From Scyliorhinus canicula (lineage: Eukaryota): a stretch of DNA of 64,000 bases. This document shows, one piece after another, positions 50,901 through 61,984 of the stretch. Every line of letters starts with the position of its first letter. Position 1 is the stretch's first letter. A model generated the notes under the pieces. It made no database searches. It saw only the letters and a program-made list of their open reading frames with translations, and was not told where the DNA came from. A program made the position numbers and the translations under genes. The stretch covers positions 173,840,840-173,904,839 of the forward strand of contig NC_052146.1 of assembly GCF_902713615.1 (NCBI RefSeq). The letters run 5' to 3'.

Positions 50901-53522
50901 CAAGGAAATAGTTTTCAACTGTCGTAAAACAAACAGGGGTCTGAATTTTCGGTTCAAGAAAATTGGACACTTTAAATTAAGGGGCAGCACGATAGCATTG
51001 TGGATAGCGCAACTGCTTCACAGCTCCAGGGTCCCAGGTTTGATTCCCGGCTTGGGTCACTATCTGTGCGGGGTCTGCACATTCTCCCCGTGTCTGCGTG
51101 GGTTTCCTCCGGTTTCCTCCCACAGTCCAAAGATGTGCGGGTTAGGTGGATTGGCCATGATAAATTGCCCATAGTGTCCAAAATTGCCCTTAGTGTTGTG
51201 TGGGGTTACTGGGTTATGAGGTTAGGGTGGAGGTGTGGACCTTGGGTGGGATGCTCTTTCCAAGAGCCGGTGCAGACTTGATGGGCCGAATGGCCTCCTT
51301 TTGCACTGTAAATTCTATGATCTATGAAGTTCAATCACAGTCAGCTCCAGGCAGGCCTGATGGGAATTTGAACAGCCAAGTTCAAATCCACTGAACAGAG
51401 ACAGACAGCCAGGACAAGTCTGGGCCTGCCCTGTCAACAAGGCATCAGGGGATAATCTGTCCCATTCAAATGGATTGATTGTTGTGGATTGGCCAGATAA
51501 AGCTAGACTTTATGGTACTCAGTTACCATAGGTTAGAATCATCCTGTAATTGATGCAGCAACGAGCAGCAGGTAACTGCGAGACCACTGTGGGTGCAGGC
51601 GGGGCGAGAGCGGGCGCAGGCGAGGACTTCTTCTAGTTGAGCACAAAATGGAAGTCTTACTCAAACAGATCATGCAGTGACCTTATGAGAAATGAAAATC
51701 GCTTATTGTCCCGAGTAGGCTTCAATGAAGTTACTGTGAAAAGCACCTAGTCGCCACATTCCTGCGCCTGTCCGGGGAGGCTGGTACGGGAATCGAACCG
51801 TGCTGCTGGCCTGCTTTAAAAGCCAGCGATTTAGCCTGGTGAGCTAAACCAGCCCCAGGAAATTGAAATTACTCCATTATCGAACTATCGAAATTACTCC
51901 ACTATCCCAAGCTAAGGGAAAAAATGAACTTTATTCGGAATCGAACCAAGGTAGAAATGCCCAAGCATCTGTCCAAAAAGACAATGTTTCACTGCCCAAC
52001 TAACATTGCTCCATCTCACTAGGAGCTTTACAAAAAAAAAATAACCAGCAATATAATGTTTTAAAGAGGAGAGCAAAGCTGCTGCTGAGAAATTAACAAA
52101 ACTTTCTCACTCTCAGCAATCTGTATTTATAAGGAAGCACAAATCAGGGGCGGGATTCTCCGTGAATCGGCAGGGCGAGACATACCGGCGCCGAGGAGTG
52201 GCGTGAACCACTCCGGCGTCAGGTTGCCCTGAAGGTGCAGAGGCTAGGCCGGCGCCGGAATGTTTGGCGCGCGCCAACCGGCGCCGAAGAGCCTCCGCCG
52301 GCCTGTGCGAGTTGGTGCATGTGAGGGAGCGCCAGGGTGTGCTGGCGTCATCCCAGCGCATGCACAGGGGGTTCTTCTCTGCACCTGACATGGCAGAGGT
52401 TGAGGTTAACAGCGGCCGTTGCGGAAGGAAAGAGTGCCCCCACGGCACAGGCCCACCCACGGATCATTGGGTCCCGATCGCAGGCCAGGCCACTGTGGGG
52501 GAACCCCCCAGGGCCAGATCCCCCCCCCCCCCTCGAGGACTCTGCAGGCTGCCCGTGGAGCCAGGTCCCGCCGGTAGGGACCTGTTGTGATTTACACCAG
52601 CGGGACCGGCCGAAAATGGGCGGCCACTCGCCCCATCGCGGGCTGGAGAATCGCCAGAGGGGCCGCTGCCAACAGCCCCCGACCAGCGCGGCGTGATTCC
52701 CACCCCGCCAAAACCCCGGAGCCGGAGAATTCGGCAGGCGGTGGGGGCGGGATTCACGCCGCACCCCCCAGCAATTCTCCGACCTGGCGGGGGGGGGGGG
52801 GGGGGGTCGGAGAATCCCGCCTCAGGTGTGTATTGGAATAATCTTCACTTGCCTGATGAGTGCAGCTGCAACATCATTCAAACAGCTCGATAACATTCAG
52901 GACAAAGCAACCCAGCCTGATTTCCACCCCATCCATTAGCTTGACTATTCATTCCCTTCACCACTGGCGCATGGTGACCACAGTGGCTAACAAATGTAGT
53001 GCAGAAATTTCCAAACTGAACAGAAGGAGGGCAGCAGATACATGGGAACACCATTACCTCCAAGTCACATCATTGGGACTTTAGCATTGCTAGGTCATAT
53101 TTGTGTAACTCCCTACCGAGTAGCACTGTGAAGCACCCTCAGCACCCAAGACTGCAATAGTTTAAGATAAAGCCTCATAATCACCTTCCCAAGGACAAAT
53201 GGGGATGGCAATAACCATCAGCTTCCCTCACGACACCCCAGAACGACTCACACAAAACAATTCCATGGGTTATTGCCCATGTCAGAGTGTATAAATAAAC
53301 TCATTTTAAAGGTACTGTAAACAAGATGTGGAGAAATATTAGAAAAAAAACACTGGTTCCTCAAAAAACACAATCATTGCATTTCAACTTACATTTAATG
53401 ACAGACAGCGAACACCACTGAACCTTCTTCCATCTGCTGCAAACGAGCCACTGATTCACGCGTTGCATCAACACCGACAGATGCTCTGGGTCAGACTTCA
53501 TGATCTGATCGAACTCTGCAAA
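23733..53522 (-). CDS. MYO6: Myosin VI, 3' portion, spliced; join of 13 exons listed separately; motor-domain exons lie outside the window
   Basis: Exons have GT-AG boundaries with compatible phases and total 1584 nt. Translation contains myosin VI hallmark motifs [14 protein letters not shown] ([15 protein letters not shown]), [38 protein letters not shown] and [11 protein letters not shown]. Confidence 0.97.
24298..24648 (-). mobile_element. HE1-like SINE, full length, CR1-type tail
   Basis: Near-identical to 903-1223 in reverse. Confidence 0.92.
25620..26720 (-). mobile_element. Old CR1/L2-group LINE remnant
   Basis: [10 protein letters not shown]...[14 protein letters not shown] fragment; similar to 54770-57250. 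Confidence 0.75.
26870..27750 (+). mobile_element. Highly decayed CR1 RT remnant
   Basis: gtgttgggaccatagctttttaccatttttattaatgatctagat ([13 protein letters not shown]). Confidence 0.65.
28971..29186 (-). CDS. MYO6: MYO6 exon, cargo-binding domain with WWY ([11 protein letters not shown]...[32 protein letters not shown]), 216 nt
   Basis: gcaatAG acceptor, GTaggt donor, phase 1 to 1; frame checked by hand. Confidence 0.96.
29895..30026 (-). CDS. MYO6: MYO6 exon, MyUb/RRL motif ([30 protein letters not shown]...SVTDY), 132 nt
   Basis: ctgcAG acceptor, GTaaga donor, phase 1 to 1. Confidence 0.97.
30700..30990 (-). mobile_element. HE1-like SINE
   Basis: Reverse complement of core and head. Confidence 0.85.
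31030..32700 (-). mobile_element. Old L2-like LINE remnant
   Basis: Purine-rich strand complementary to the L2-like 3' region at 43800-44540; no intact ORF. Confidence 0.55.
33923..34229 (+). mobile_element. HE1-like SINE with alternative tail
   Basis: Head and core plus ggcttttcacagtaacttcattg tail. Confidence 0.88.
34437..34540 (-). CDS. MYO6: MYO6 exon ([34 protein letters not shown]), 104 nt
   Basis: ccaacAG acceptor, GTaaga donor, phase 2 to 1. Confidence 0.96.
36536..36705 (+). mobile_element. HE1-like SINE, internally deleted short variant
   Basis: Head, partial core and A-tail. Confidence 0.8.
37115..37689. mobile_element. Solo LTR (575 bp) with 4-bp TSD
   Basis: Starts TGTTA, ends TGACA, flanked by TGTC at 37111-37114 and 37690-37693. 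Confidence 0.8.
38259..38297 (-). CDS. MYO6: MYO6 large-insert microexon 3 ([13 protein letters not shown]), 39 nt
   Basis: gttacAG acceptor, GTaggt donor; close to mammalian EQMAKEMSEFLSR. Confidence 0.93.
   Translation of the reverse strand, partial: GRNGQRNVRLSG
40997..41333 (-). mobile_element. HE1-like SINE nested in a Penelope-type repeat remnant
   Basis: Reverse complement core; flanks rejoin as gacctgaaac...ctctc..atagatactgccagac. Confidence 0.88.
42443..42472 (-). CDS. MYO6: MYO6 large-insert microexon 2 ([10 protein letters not shown]), 30 nt
   Basis: ctatttccAG acceptor with CTAAC branch-like motif upstream, GTatga donor; matches length and KMT motif of mammalian NDGTRPKMTP exon. 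Confidence 0.88.
42799..42840 (-). CDS. MYO6: MYO6 large-insert microexon 1 ([15 protein letters not shown]), 42 nt, probably alternative
   Basis: tcttttcttccacAG acceptor, GTatgg donor, phase 2 to 2, open frame; position and S...PV...K layout resemble the mammalian SLDSYPVTSK exon. Confidence 0.75.
42945..43105 (-). CDS. MYO6: MYO6 exon, distal tail and MIU ([14 protein letters not shown]...[20 protein letters not shown]...AGIK), 161 nt
   Basis: ttccAG acceptor, GTaggg donor, phase 0 to 2. Confidence 0.95.
43800..44545 (+). mobile_element. Old L2-like LINE 3' remnant
   Basis: tgctgctgaaacactcattcatg..ttgttacctctggactc motif typical of L2 ORF2 end. Confidence 0.65.
45208..45372 (+). mobile_element. 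Short tRNA-derived SINE, second family
   Basis: ctggtttagcacag head; ggaatgtggcgactaggggcttttcac tail. Confidence 0.8.
46421..46499 (-). CDS. MYO6: MYO6 exon, SAH ([26 protein letters not shown]), 79 nt
   Basis: taccAG acceptor, GTttgt donor, phase 2 to 0. Confidence 0.94.
46668..47785 (-). mobile_element. CR1 LINE 3' fragment, different subfamily
   Basis: [30 protein letters not shown]; ttctatg tail. Confidence 0.9.
48307..48515 (-). CDS. MYO6: MYO6 exon, end of three-helix bundle and start of SAH ([13 protein letters not shown]...DEEDRRL), 209 nt
   Basis: ccttAG acceptor, GTaagt donor, phase 0 to 2; ER/K-rich peptide in ORF 48303..48506. Confidence 0.96.
48655..48830 (-). mobile_element. 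HE1-like SINE, 3' part
   Basis: ggaggccattcggcccatcg tail plus core. Confidence 0.8.
49946..50096 (-). CDS. MYO6: MYO6 exon, three-helix bundle ([17 protein letters not shown]...LVTKMK), 151 nt
   Basis: ccacAG acceptor, GTaagt donor, phase 2 to 0; overlaps ORF 49934..50152. Confidence 0.95.
50796..50886 (-). CDS. MYO6: MYO6 exon, IQ motif ([30 protein letters not shown]), 91 nt
   Basis: ctgcAG acceptor, GTgagt donor, phase 1 to 2. Confidence 0.96.
50981..51326 (+). mobile_element. HE1-like SINE, full length
   Basis: Head, core and tail intact. Confidence 0.92.
51688..51857 (-). mobile_element. Short tRNA-derived SINE, second family
   Basis: Near-identical to 1716-1901. Confidence 0.87.
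52147..52822. mobile_element. GC/CpG-rich MITE-like non-autonomous DNA element
   Basis: Terminal inverted repeats GGCGGGATTCTCCG / CGGAGAATCCCGCC; TCA on both flanks. Confidence 0.8.
53393..53522 (-). CDS. MYO6: MYO6 exon, converter end and insert-2 ([12 protein letters not shown]...[15 protein letters not shown]), 130 nt
   Basis: ttgctcAG acceptor, GTaagt donor, phase 0 to 1; peptide matches myosin VI insert-2. Confidence 0.96.
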
Positions 53523-54111
53523 CTGAGCAAGAAACAATTCAGGTGAAGTGATCTCAAAGGGTCCAGGATATGGCTGGGGTTTTGAAGAAAAGTCCGACCC
53601 ACTCCATCAGGTTGCCTTGCACGATCAAATTCTGACTGACCTTGAGTGCAATGACATGATGCTATTTTTAACCACAGTGTCCCACAAGGTAGATCACGGC
53701 GATGTCACAAACTTTGAGGCAAACCAAATTAAGATTCGGAAATAATCACACAATAGAATCATGGTGGTTTAATGAAATGGGCAGTGGCCTAAATTTTAGG
53801 ACCAATATAAAATTGGACACTTAAAATTAAACCACAGCCACAGGCGTTCCTGATGGGAATTTAAATGGCCAAGTTCAAATACACTGAACACAGCCAGGAC
53901 ATATCTGGGTCTGCCCTGTCAACAACACATCAGGGAAAATCGGTCCTATTCAAATGGATTGATTGCTTTTGATTGCCCAGATAAAGCTAGACTTTCTGGC
54001 ACCCAGTTACCATATATGGAGAAAGATTATGTGCGAACAATAAACCTAGAGATGAACCCCTGGGGGTGATTCCGAGTATCCTGCAGGGGTGCAATTGGCA
54101 ACTTCATTGAG

Positions 54112-54533
54112 TGTTGTAACCCCTGCCCCCAAACCTCATTGGCTAAGGGCCAGAGAACTTTCTGGAAAGGCAATAAGAGGGGTAGAAAGATCAGACTTGC
54201 AGGACCCTCCCCAGCGAAGACTCGCCGCAGAGGTAATCGAGAAGATTGGACGACTGGCCAGAGATGGGAAGAAGCAGACCCACCTTCTCAGACAAAGGCC
54301 CTGAAGGAACTGAGACTCAAGAGTATTGGACCTGCAGCTCAACTGAGTTCATCGGCTCGGGAAGTAGTATCTTGGGACTGTTATTAGTTGTGATACTATA
54401 ACTGTTTTACTGTTTGATAAATACATTTGGTTGAATTATACACGTGTATTGGCCTTTGTTCGCATTGCCAATAAGACATCTGGTTAAAATGTTTGAGTAA
54501 TAAACTGATCAAAGTGTCTGAAGTTTTACAACA
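54112..54533. mobile_element. LTR-like element
   Basis: TGTTGTAA...TTACAACA termini, internal AATAAA; no clear TSD. Confidence 0.5.
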
Positions 54534-54769
54534 GTGGCCATTTGGCCCATTATACCAGTGCGGACTCTTTTAAAAAGCTACCGATTTGACCCACACACCT
54601 GACCTGTCCCCATAGTCCTGTAAAATCTCCTCCCTGAAGATTTTAGCCAATCCTTTCTGAAAGTTACTTCAGAATTTGCCTTCACGACCCTACCAATGTA
54701 AAATCCCTGCTCACGACTATGGTTACTGGAAACTCCAGATGGCAAATATTAATGCACTTTCTTTTATTC

Positions 54770-57250
54770 ATTCCTGGGATATGGACATTGCTGAGAAGGG
54801 CAAGATTTACTTCCAATCCCAAATTACTCATTAGACATAGCGGTGAGTTGCCTTCATGAACACCTGTATTGTAGGCACTGTTACGTTGTTAAGGAGAAAG
54901 TTCCATACTTTTGACCCAGCAACAGTGAAGGAACGACAATACATTGCCAAGTCAGGATGGTTTATGACTTGGAGGACTGCTTGCAGGCGGTGGCATTCAC
55001 TTTCATCTGCTTTCCTTGTCCTTCCCAGTTGTGGATGTCATGAGTTTGGAAGGAGCCTTGGAAAGTTGCTGCAGTGCATCTTGTATATGGTATACGGTGC
55101 TGCCACTGTGCGTCAGTAGTGGAGGGAGTGAATGCTGATAAAGCGCGTTGCTTTGTCCTGGATGATGTTTAGCTAGAGTGTTGTTGGAGCTGCATTCAAC
55201 CAGGCGAATGGAGAATAAACCATCACACTCCTGACTTGTGCTTTGTGGGTGGTGAATCGGCTTTGTGGAGTCAGGAGTGAGTTACTCACCATAGACTTTC
55301 TAGACTCTGACCTGATCTTGCAGTCACAGTATTCCTGTGGCTACTCCAGTTGAGTTCCTGATCAATGGTAGCCCTCAGGGTGTCAATAATGGGGAAATTA
55401 AGCGATCTTAATGAAGCGAGATGGTTAACTCTATTTTTCTTGATGGCCATTGCCTGGCGCTTGTGCGGCATGAATGTTATTTGTCACCTACACTGTGGGC
55501 ATCGACTATTTTGCCTCCTAAGGAGATGTGAATGGCACTGGACACGGTGCAGTCATCAGTGAATATCAGAACTTCTGACCTTATGATGGAGCTAAGGATG
55601 GTTGTAATGAGGAAATTGCCATGAGAAATGTTTGCAATGATTCTTTGGGTCTGAGATGATTGGCCTCCAACATCTTCCTTTGTTTTAGATATGACTCCAG
55701 CCACTGTAAAGACCCCCCACCCCCGCAATTCCTACTGGGTTGTTAAGAAGGCGTACGGTGTGTTAGCTTTTATTGGTAGAGGGATTGAGTTTCGGAGCCA
55801 TGAGGTCATGTTGCAGTTGTACAAAACTCTGGTGCGGCCGCATATGGAGTATTGCGTGCAGTTCTGGTCGCCGCATTATAGGAAGAATGTGGAATGGGGA
55901 AGACCTTATGAGGAAAGGCTGAGGGACTTAAGGCTGTTTTCGTTAGAGAGAAGAAGGTTAAGAGGTGACTTAATTGAGGCATACAAGATGATCAGAGGAT
56001 TAGATAGGATGGACAGTGAGAGCCTTTTTCCTCGGATGGTGATGCCTAGCACGAGGGGACATAGCTTTAAATTGAGGGGAGATAGATATAGGACAGATGT
56101 CGGAGGTAGGTTCTTTACTCAGATAGTAGTAAGGGCATGGAATGCCCTGCCTGCAACAGTAGTGGACTCGCCAACACTAGGGCATTCAAATGGTCATTGG
56201 ATAGACATATGGACGTTGAGGAAACAGTGTAGATGGGCTTTAGAGGGGTTTCACAGGTCGGCGCAACATCGAGGGCCAAAGGGCCTGTACTGCGCTGTAA
56301 TATTCTATGACTTCAATTTTTGATGCCATACTCAGTTAAATGCTGCCTTGGTGTCAAGGTTAGGCAATCCATGTCATCACTGGAATTATTTTGTCCATGT
56401 TTGGACCAAGGCTCTAATGAGGTCTGGAGCAGGTGGTCATGGCAGATCCATCCCCAATTGCCCTCGGGAAGGTGGTAGCGAGTTGTCTTCTTGAACTCCA
56501 GCAGTCCATCTGTTGTAGGTACACCCAAATTGCTGCTGGCCAGTGAGTTCCAAGATTTTGACCCAGCAATTAGTCAAAGAAATAGCAATATTTTTCCAAG
56601 TTAGGATGGTGTGGGGCTTGGAAAGAAATTTGCCGGGGAGGGGGGCGTTCCCATGCATCCATTGCCCTTGTCCTTGCCGGTGATAGAGGTCAGAGATTTG
56701 GAAACTGATGCTGAAGGGATGTTAGTGAGATGCTGCAGTACATCTTGCATGTGATACACACTGCTGCCACAGTGCATCGGTGATGGAGGTAGTGAACATT
56801 TAAGGTGGCGGATCACGTGTCAAGTGGGTTACTTTGTCCCAGATGGTGCTGAGCTTCCATAGTATTTTTGGAGCTGCACTCATCTAAGCAAGTGGAGAGT
56901 ATTCCATCACATGACTGACTGCCTTATGGACAGACTTCAGCAGTCACCTGGTGAGTTACTCATCGCAGAATTCTCATCCTCTGACCTGCTCTTGCAGCTA
57001 CAGTATTTCTATGGCTGGTCCAGTTCAGGTTTCTGGTCAATGGTAATCATCAGGATATTGACATTGGGGGATTCAGTAATGGTAATGTCATTTCATGTCA
57101 TGGGGAGATGATTAGAATCTCTCTTGTTGGAGATGGTCATTGTCTGGTACTTGTCATTTGCTACTTATCGGCCAAGCCTGAATATTGTTCAGGTCTTGCT
57201 ACATATGGACATGGACAATTTCAGTTTCTGAGGCATTGCAAATGGTGCTC
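54770..57250 (-). mobile_element. Old CR1/L2-group LINE remnants, at least two tandem pieces, split by a young CR1
   Basis: IFTDDCTV fragment; segments 54880-55480 and 56550-57150 are similar to each other and to 25620-26000. Confidence 0.7.
55737..56308 (+). mobile_element. Young CR1 3' fragment with internal deletion
   Basis: ORF 55691..56323 matches C-terminus of the 12077 ORF but lacks ALERVQRRFTRMLPGM. Confidence 0.93.
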
Positions 57251-58317
57251 CAGGATTACTACCCATGAGCTCCAAGTTATTAACTTCCTCCTTAGTTCCT
57301 TCAAATGTAACGGTTGGACCACAATGCCTATTCTATCTATTATCATTGATACCGATGCTTACCACAACTTCATGCACATTTCCTTCCATCTACAGAATAT
57401 TGGGAACACTATCCGTGATGTCCTTTATCCTGGCATTAGAAGGCAACACATCATGCTGGACTCATGAAGGTTACAGAAATGCCCGTCTGTCCCCTAACAA
57501 TGGAACCTTCTCAATGACTCAATCTCTACTCTATTATTCCCCTTTGTGCATTCCCTTTCCAACTCGTGCCTTGGGCCACACTGCACCTTTCAAGGTGTTG
57601 TTACTCCCAGCAGTCTCCAATGCCGAGTATGGGTTTGATACTGATGCACAACCTGAAAGCTCCTCCATAATCTTGAATTCTCACTGTGATCATGGCCATT
57701 TCTTTGAACACATGATCCAAGAAACATTCAGCCTCCCTGAAGTCCACAACGACTTCAGCTTGGGAATCCTCATGCAGGTGGAGAAACTTCCTACACGTGG
57801 TCTCCCAAAACAGATGAAGAATCTTAAAGTTCCCACATGGCACAAGACCATGCTGACAGCTGTATCCATGACAGGTAGATTGTTGGGGAGAAGTGGATTT
57901 TTCTCTCATGGTGGTTCTCTCACTACTTGTTGCAGACCCAGTCTGACAGATATGTCCCAAAGCAGTTGACCTGAAAAAAACATTTGGTGTTGGACATTGA
58001 AGTAGCCCACAGAGTATATTATGCGCCCTTGCTACACTCAGCAGTTGAGGGAAGGTGATAGGTGATGATCAGTAGGTGTGACATGATGCAGGTGACTTCA
58101 CGATCTCCCAATTTTAGCACAATCTCCCAGATGTTAGTGAGGAGAACTTTGCAGGGTTGACTGGGCAGAATGTGGGTGATCTGGTCAGTTCTATTCTTTT
58201 CGAACTTTTCTGTAGCGTTTGATACAAATGGGTGGCTTGTCAGGCCATTTCATAGGGTAGTTAAGAGTCAACCACATTGTTGTGGGTCTTAAATTACAGC
58301 CAAGCCAGACTAAGTAA

Positions 58318-58634
58318 GGGCAGCACAAGAGGATAGCACCGTGGCTTCACAGTGCCAGGGTCCCAGATTCAATTCCCCACTGGGTCACTGTCTGTGCGGA
58401 GTGTGCACGCTCTCCCCATGTCTGCGTGGGCTTCCTTTGGGTGGTCCGGATTCCTCCCACAGTCCAGAGACGTGCAGGTTAGGTGGACTGGCCATGATAA
58501 ATTGCCCTTAGTGACCAAAAAGGCTAGATGGGGTTATTGGGTTACGGCGATTGGATGGAAGGGAGGGCTTAAGTGGGTCGGTGCAGACTCGATGCGCCGA
58601 ATGGTCTCCTTCTGCACTGTATGTTCTATGTTCT
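58318..58634 (+). mobile_element. HE1-like SINE
   Basis: Head, core and ttctatg tail. Confidence 0.88.
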
Positions 58635-58734
58635 AAGTAAGGAACGTGATTTGTGGCATGGCGTAACAAGTAAGGAAGTAAGATAACAAGTAACAAGAAA
58701 GGCAACAAGGAAGTAAGGAACAAGTAACAAAACA

Positions 58735-59700
58735 ATCTCTCCTTCAACAACAGCAAAATTAAAGAGCTGGTCCTTGACTTCAGGAAGCAAAGTACTGTAC
58801 ACACCCCTGTCTGCATCAATGGCGCCTAGGTGGAAATGGTTGACAGCTTCAAATACTTAGGTGTATAAATCACCAACAATCTGTCCTGGTCCACCCACAT
58901 CGACGCTATGCCCAAGAAAGCACAACAGCACCGATACGTCCTCAGGAAACTAAGGAAATTCGGCATGTCCACATTGACTCTTACCAATTTTTACAGATGC
59001 ACCATAGAAAGCATCCTATCTGACTGCATCATAGTCTGGTATGGCAACTGCTCGGCCCAAAACCAGAAGAAACTACAGAGAGTCGTGAACACAGCCCAGC
59101 ACATCATGCAAAACGGCCTCCCATCCATTGACTCCATCTGCACCTCCCGCTGCCATGGGAAAGCGGGCAGCGTAATCAAAGACCCCTCCCACCTGGGTTA
59201 TTCTCTCTTCCAATCTCTTCCATTGGGCAGGAAACACAATGTCTGAGAACACGAACAAACAGATTGAAAAACAGCTTCTTCCCCGCTGTTACCAGACTCC
59301 GACCCCCTTCTGCGCTGAACTGATCTCTCTGAAGCTGGTTTAGCTCACTCAGCTAAATCGCTGGCTTTCAAAGCAGACAAAGTAGGCCAGCAGCACGGTT
59401 CGATTCCCGTACCAGCCTCCCTGGACAGGCGCCGGAATGTGGCGACTAGGGGCTTTTCACAGTAACTTCATTGAAGCCTACTCGTGACAATAAGCGATTT
59501 TCATTTCATTTTTCATTTCAGACAACATCTCTACTGAGTAGTACTATACTCCGTATGCGTCACCCGATGTCTATGTATTTACATTGTGTACCTATCGTAT
59601 ATCCTATGTTTTTTCATATATGGAACGATCTATCTGGTCTGTACACAGAACAATACTTTTCACTGTATACCTGGCAATAAACCCAAGTCCAATCCAATCT
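58735..59700 (+). mobile_element. Rex1/Babar-like LINE 3' fragment interrupted by a SINE
   Basis: KKAQQ..YVLRKLRKFGMS..LTNFYRCTIESILS..WYGNCSAQNQKKLQRVV. Confidence 0.8.
59333..59519 (+). mobile_element. Short tRNA-derived SINE, second family
   Basis: Reverse complement of 1716-1901. Confidence 0.87.
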
Positions 59701-60665
59701 TTCCATAAAGGACGTTGGTAAACTAGATGGATTTTTACAACAATCTGTTAGTTCCACGGCTATTGTTACAAAAGCTAATTTTTAAAAACCAGGATTATTT
59801 AATTAATTGAATTTGAATTTCCACAGCTGCCACGGTGGACTCTGAACGCATGTCTCCAGGGCATTATTCCAGGGCTGTGGATGATTTGTCCAGGAACATT
59901 ACCACTATACTATCATTCCTCATCCCCAGGATGATGCTTAACCAGACTTGGCAACCTGACCGTGGGACTCGAGACTGCATGTGTGTACAAAGGTTTAGTT
60001 GCAGAAGGACAACTTCGCATTCATATTTAGTTTCTATAAATGTCAGCAATTTTGCCAAAAATTGTGAACCCGGTGTCAATGTTGTCATTTTTGGCATTGG
60101 CGTCTGTTGTCAAGCTGCTGTAGCCACTGGCTGTCGTGGTAGTTAGTGCACTCCAGCCTACAGGACGGGTTGCCATTTTCCTCTGTCGTCAGCTTAGTGA
60201 CTCCCATGTGTAAAAATCAACGTTTAGGGCCTTCATACCACACTTGCAAACACCCTCGAAGCAGAGCTTTGGATGGCCTACTGCTCCACCAGCTCCAGCA
60301 ACCTCACAATTCTGAGTTCTTGGTTAAACGGCCATCTTCCATTTTACAGAAGCCAATGAAACCACCTCTGTTTATTGAGTGCCAACAAACCTGAGAGCTG
60401 ACGTTGAGAAAACTATAACAATCGTGATTTTGTCCATGCTCAAGAGTAAATCATGCAGTTCTGGACATGATATCATGAAAAATATAGAGGGCACTGGAGG
60501 GGGTACAATGAAGATTTACAAGGATGATACCAGCATGCGTGGGCATACATATCAGGAAAGGATCAACAGGCTGGGTCTCTTCTGTCTTGATAAAAGGCCG
60601 AGAGGTCTTTAAATGAAACATTTTGATAGAATACATAGAATGTTCCCTCGTGGGGTAGAGTACAA

Positions 60666-60957
60666 GTAATAATAATCTTTATTATTGTCACAAGTAGGCT
60701 TACATTAACACTGCAATTAAGTTAATGTGAAAAGACACCAGTCGCCATATTATGGCACCTGTTCGGGTACACAGAGGGAGAATTCATAATGTCCAATTCA
60801 CCTAACAAGCATATCTTTCAGGACTTGTGGGAAGAAACCGGGATACCTGGAGGAAACCCATGCAGACACGGGGAGAACATGCAGACTCCGCCGGGAATCA
60901 AACCAGGATCCTGGGGCTGTGAAGCAACAGTGCTAACCGCTGTGCTCCCATGCCGCC
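60666..60957 (-). mobile_element. HE1-like SINE with alternative tail
   Basis: Similar to 2308-2609. Confidence 0.85.
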
Positions 60958-61149
60958 CTCTGTGCTACCGTGGCGTAGAGGTCATCATTTCATAAAGTGT
61001 CACACAACAGGCATGTGAGCAAAGTTACAGCTCATGAACAAAAGGGACAGCATGAATACAAAACAGGCTGAAGAGTATTAGCGAATTATTGTTTATCAGG
61101 CCAGAGGAAGGTTTGTATCTTAAGGATCATGTTGGGTCACCTGCTCTTA

Positions 61150-61388
61150 CCATAGAATCCCTACAGTGCAGATGGAGGCTGTTCAGCCCATCAAGTCTGC
61201 ACCCTCTGAAAGAGTAGCCTATCTGTGCCCACTCCCCCATCCTATCCCTGTAACACCACCTAACCGTTGGACACTAAAGGAAAATTTAGATTGGCCAATC
61301 CATCTAACCTGCATATCTTTGGACTAGTAGAAAACCCATGCAGACATGGGCAGAACGTGCAAACTTCACACAGACAGTCACCCAAGGT
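61150..61388 (-). mobile_element. HE1-like SINE, 5' truncated
   Basis: Tail and core. Confidence 0.8.
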
Positions 61389-61984
61389 TATTGAGATATA
61401 TTAATAACCTAAACTTGTAAAGGGCAAGATTTCAAATTTTGCAGTATTATGAACTGTGAAGAGGTGTGTGTTAAACTTCAAAATAACAGACAGGTTTGGT
61501 AAAATGGATGGACAAATGACAGGCTGTTTTACTTTTTACATATTTGTTCATGGGATGTTACTGATTTGGGCGGTATTTATTGTCCATACCTCATTGCCCT
61601 CGAGAAGGTAATGGAAACTTAATGCAGAGAAGTGTGAAGTGATTCACTTTGCTTTGAAGAATGGGAGAGTCAATATAAAATGAAGGGTACATTCAAAAAA
61701 AGGGTGCAGGAGCAGAGAGACCTGGATGTATATCAGGGTGAACACCTGGCCAGAAATTTACAGGATGCTTTGGCAGACATGTCTGCCAGAGTTGCAGCTG
61801 GGAAGTAAGGTGGTGGCTGCTGGGGTATTTCAAGTCGCCAGAGAGGAATCAGGCATGTGGGAAGCTCAAACCTTACAATTATGGGATGGTGTATCCTGGA
61901 TGCAGACAGCCCAGGAAACTGGACAACCACATTGAATATGGGACAATCCCATAAAATCCAATACGGTTGCTCACCCTGGTGTAC

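Larger units (their letters stand above)
50960..54014 (+). repeat. Diverged direct repeat of about 200 bp (50960-51530 interrupted by a SINE; 53811-54014)
   Basis: Shared blocks aaattggacactt, cctgatgggaattt, gccaagttcaaat, ctgccctgtcaacaa, ttcaaatggattgattg, ccagataaagctagacttt, cagttaccata. Confidence 0.9.

Noticed and set aside
52113-52893. Overlapping GC-rich ORFs or a CpG-island promoter
   Set aside because: Explained by a TIR-bounded MITE; high GC suppresses stop codons
57265-57969. 234-aa plus-strand ORF
   Set aside because: No recognisable domain; lies largely over decayed LINE-like sequence
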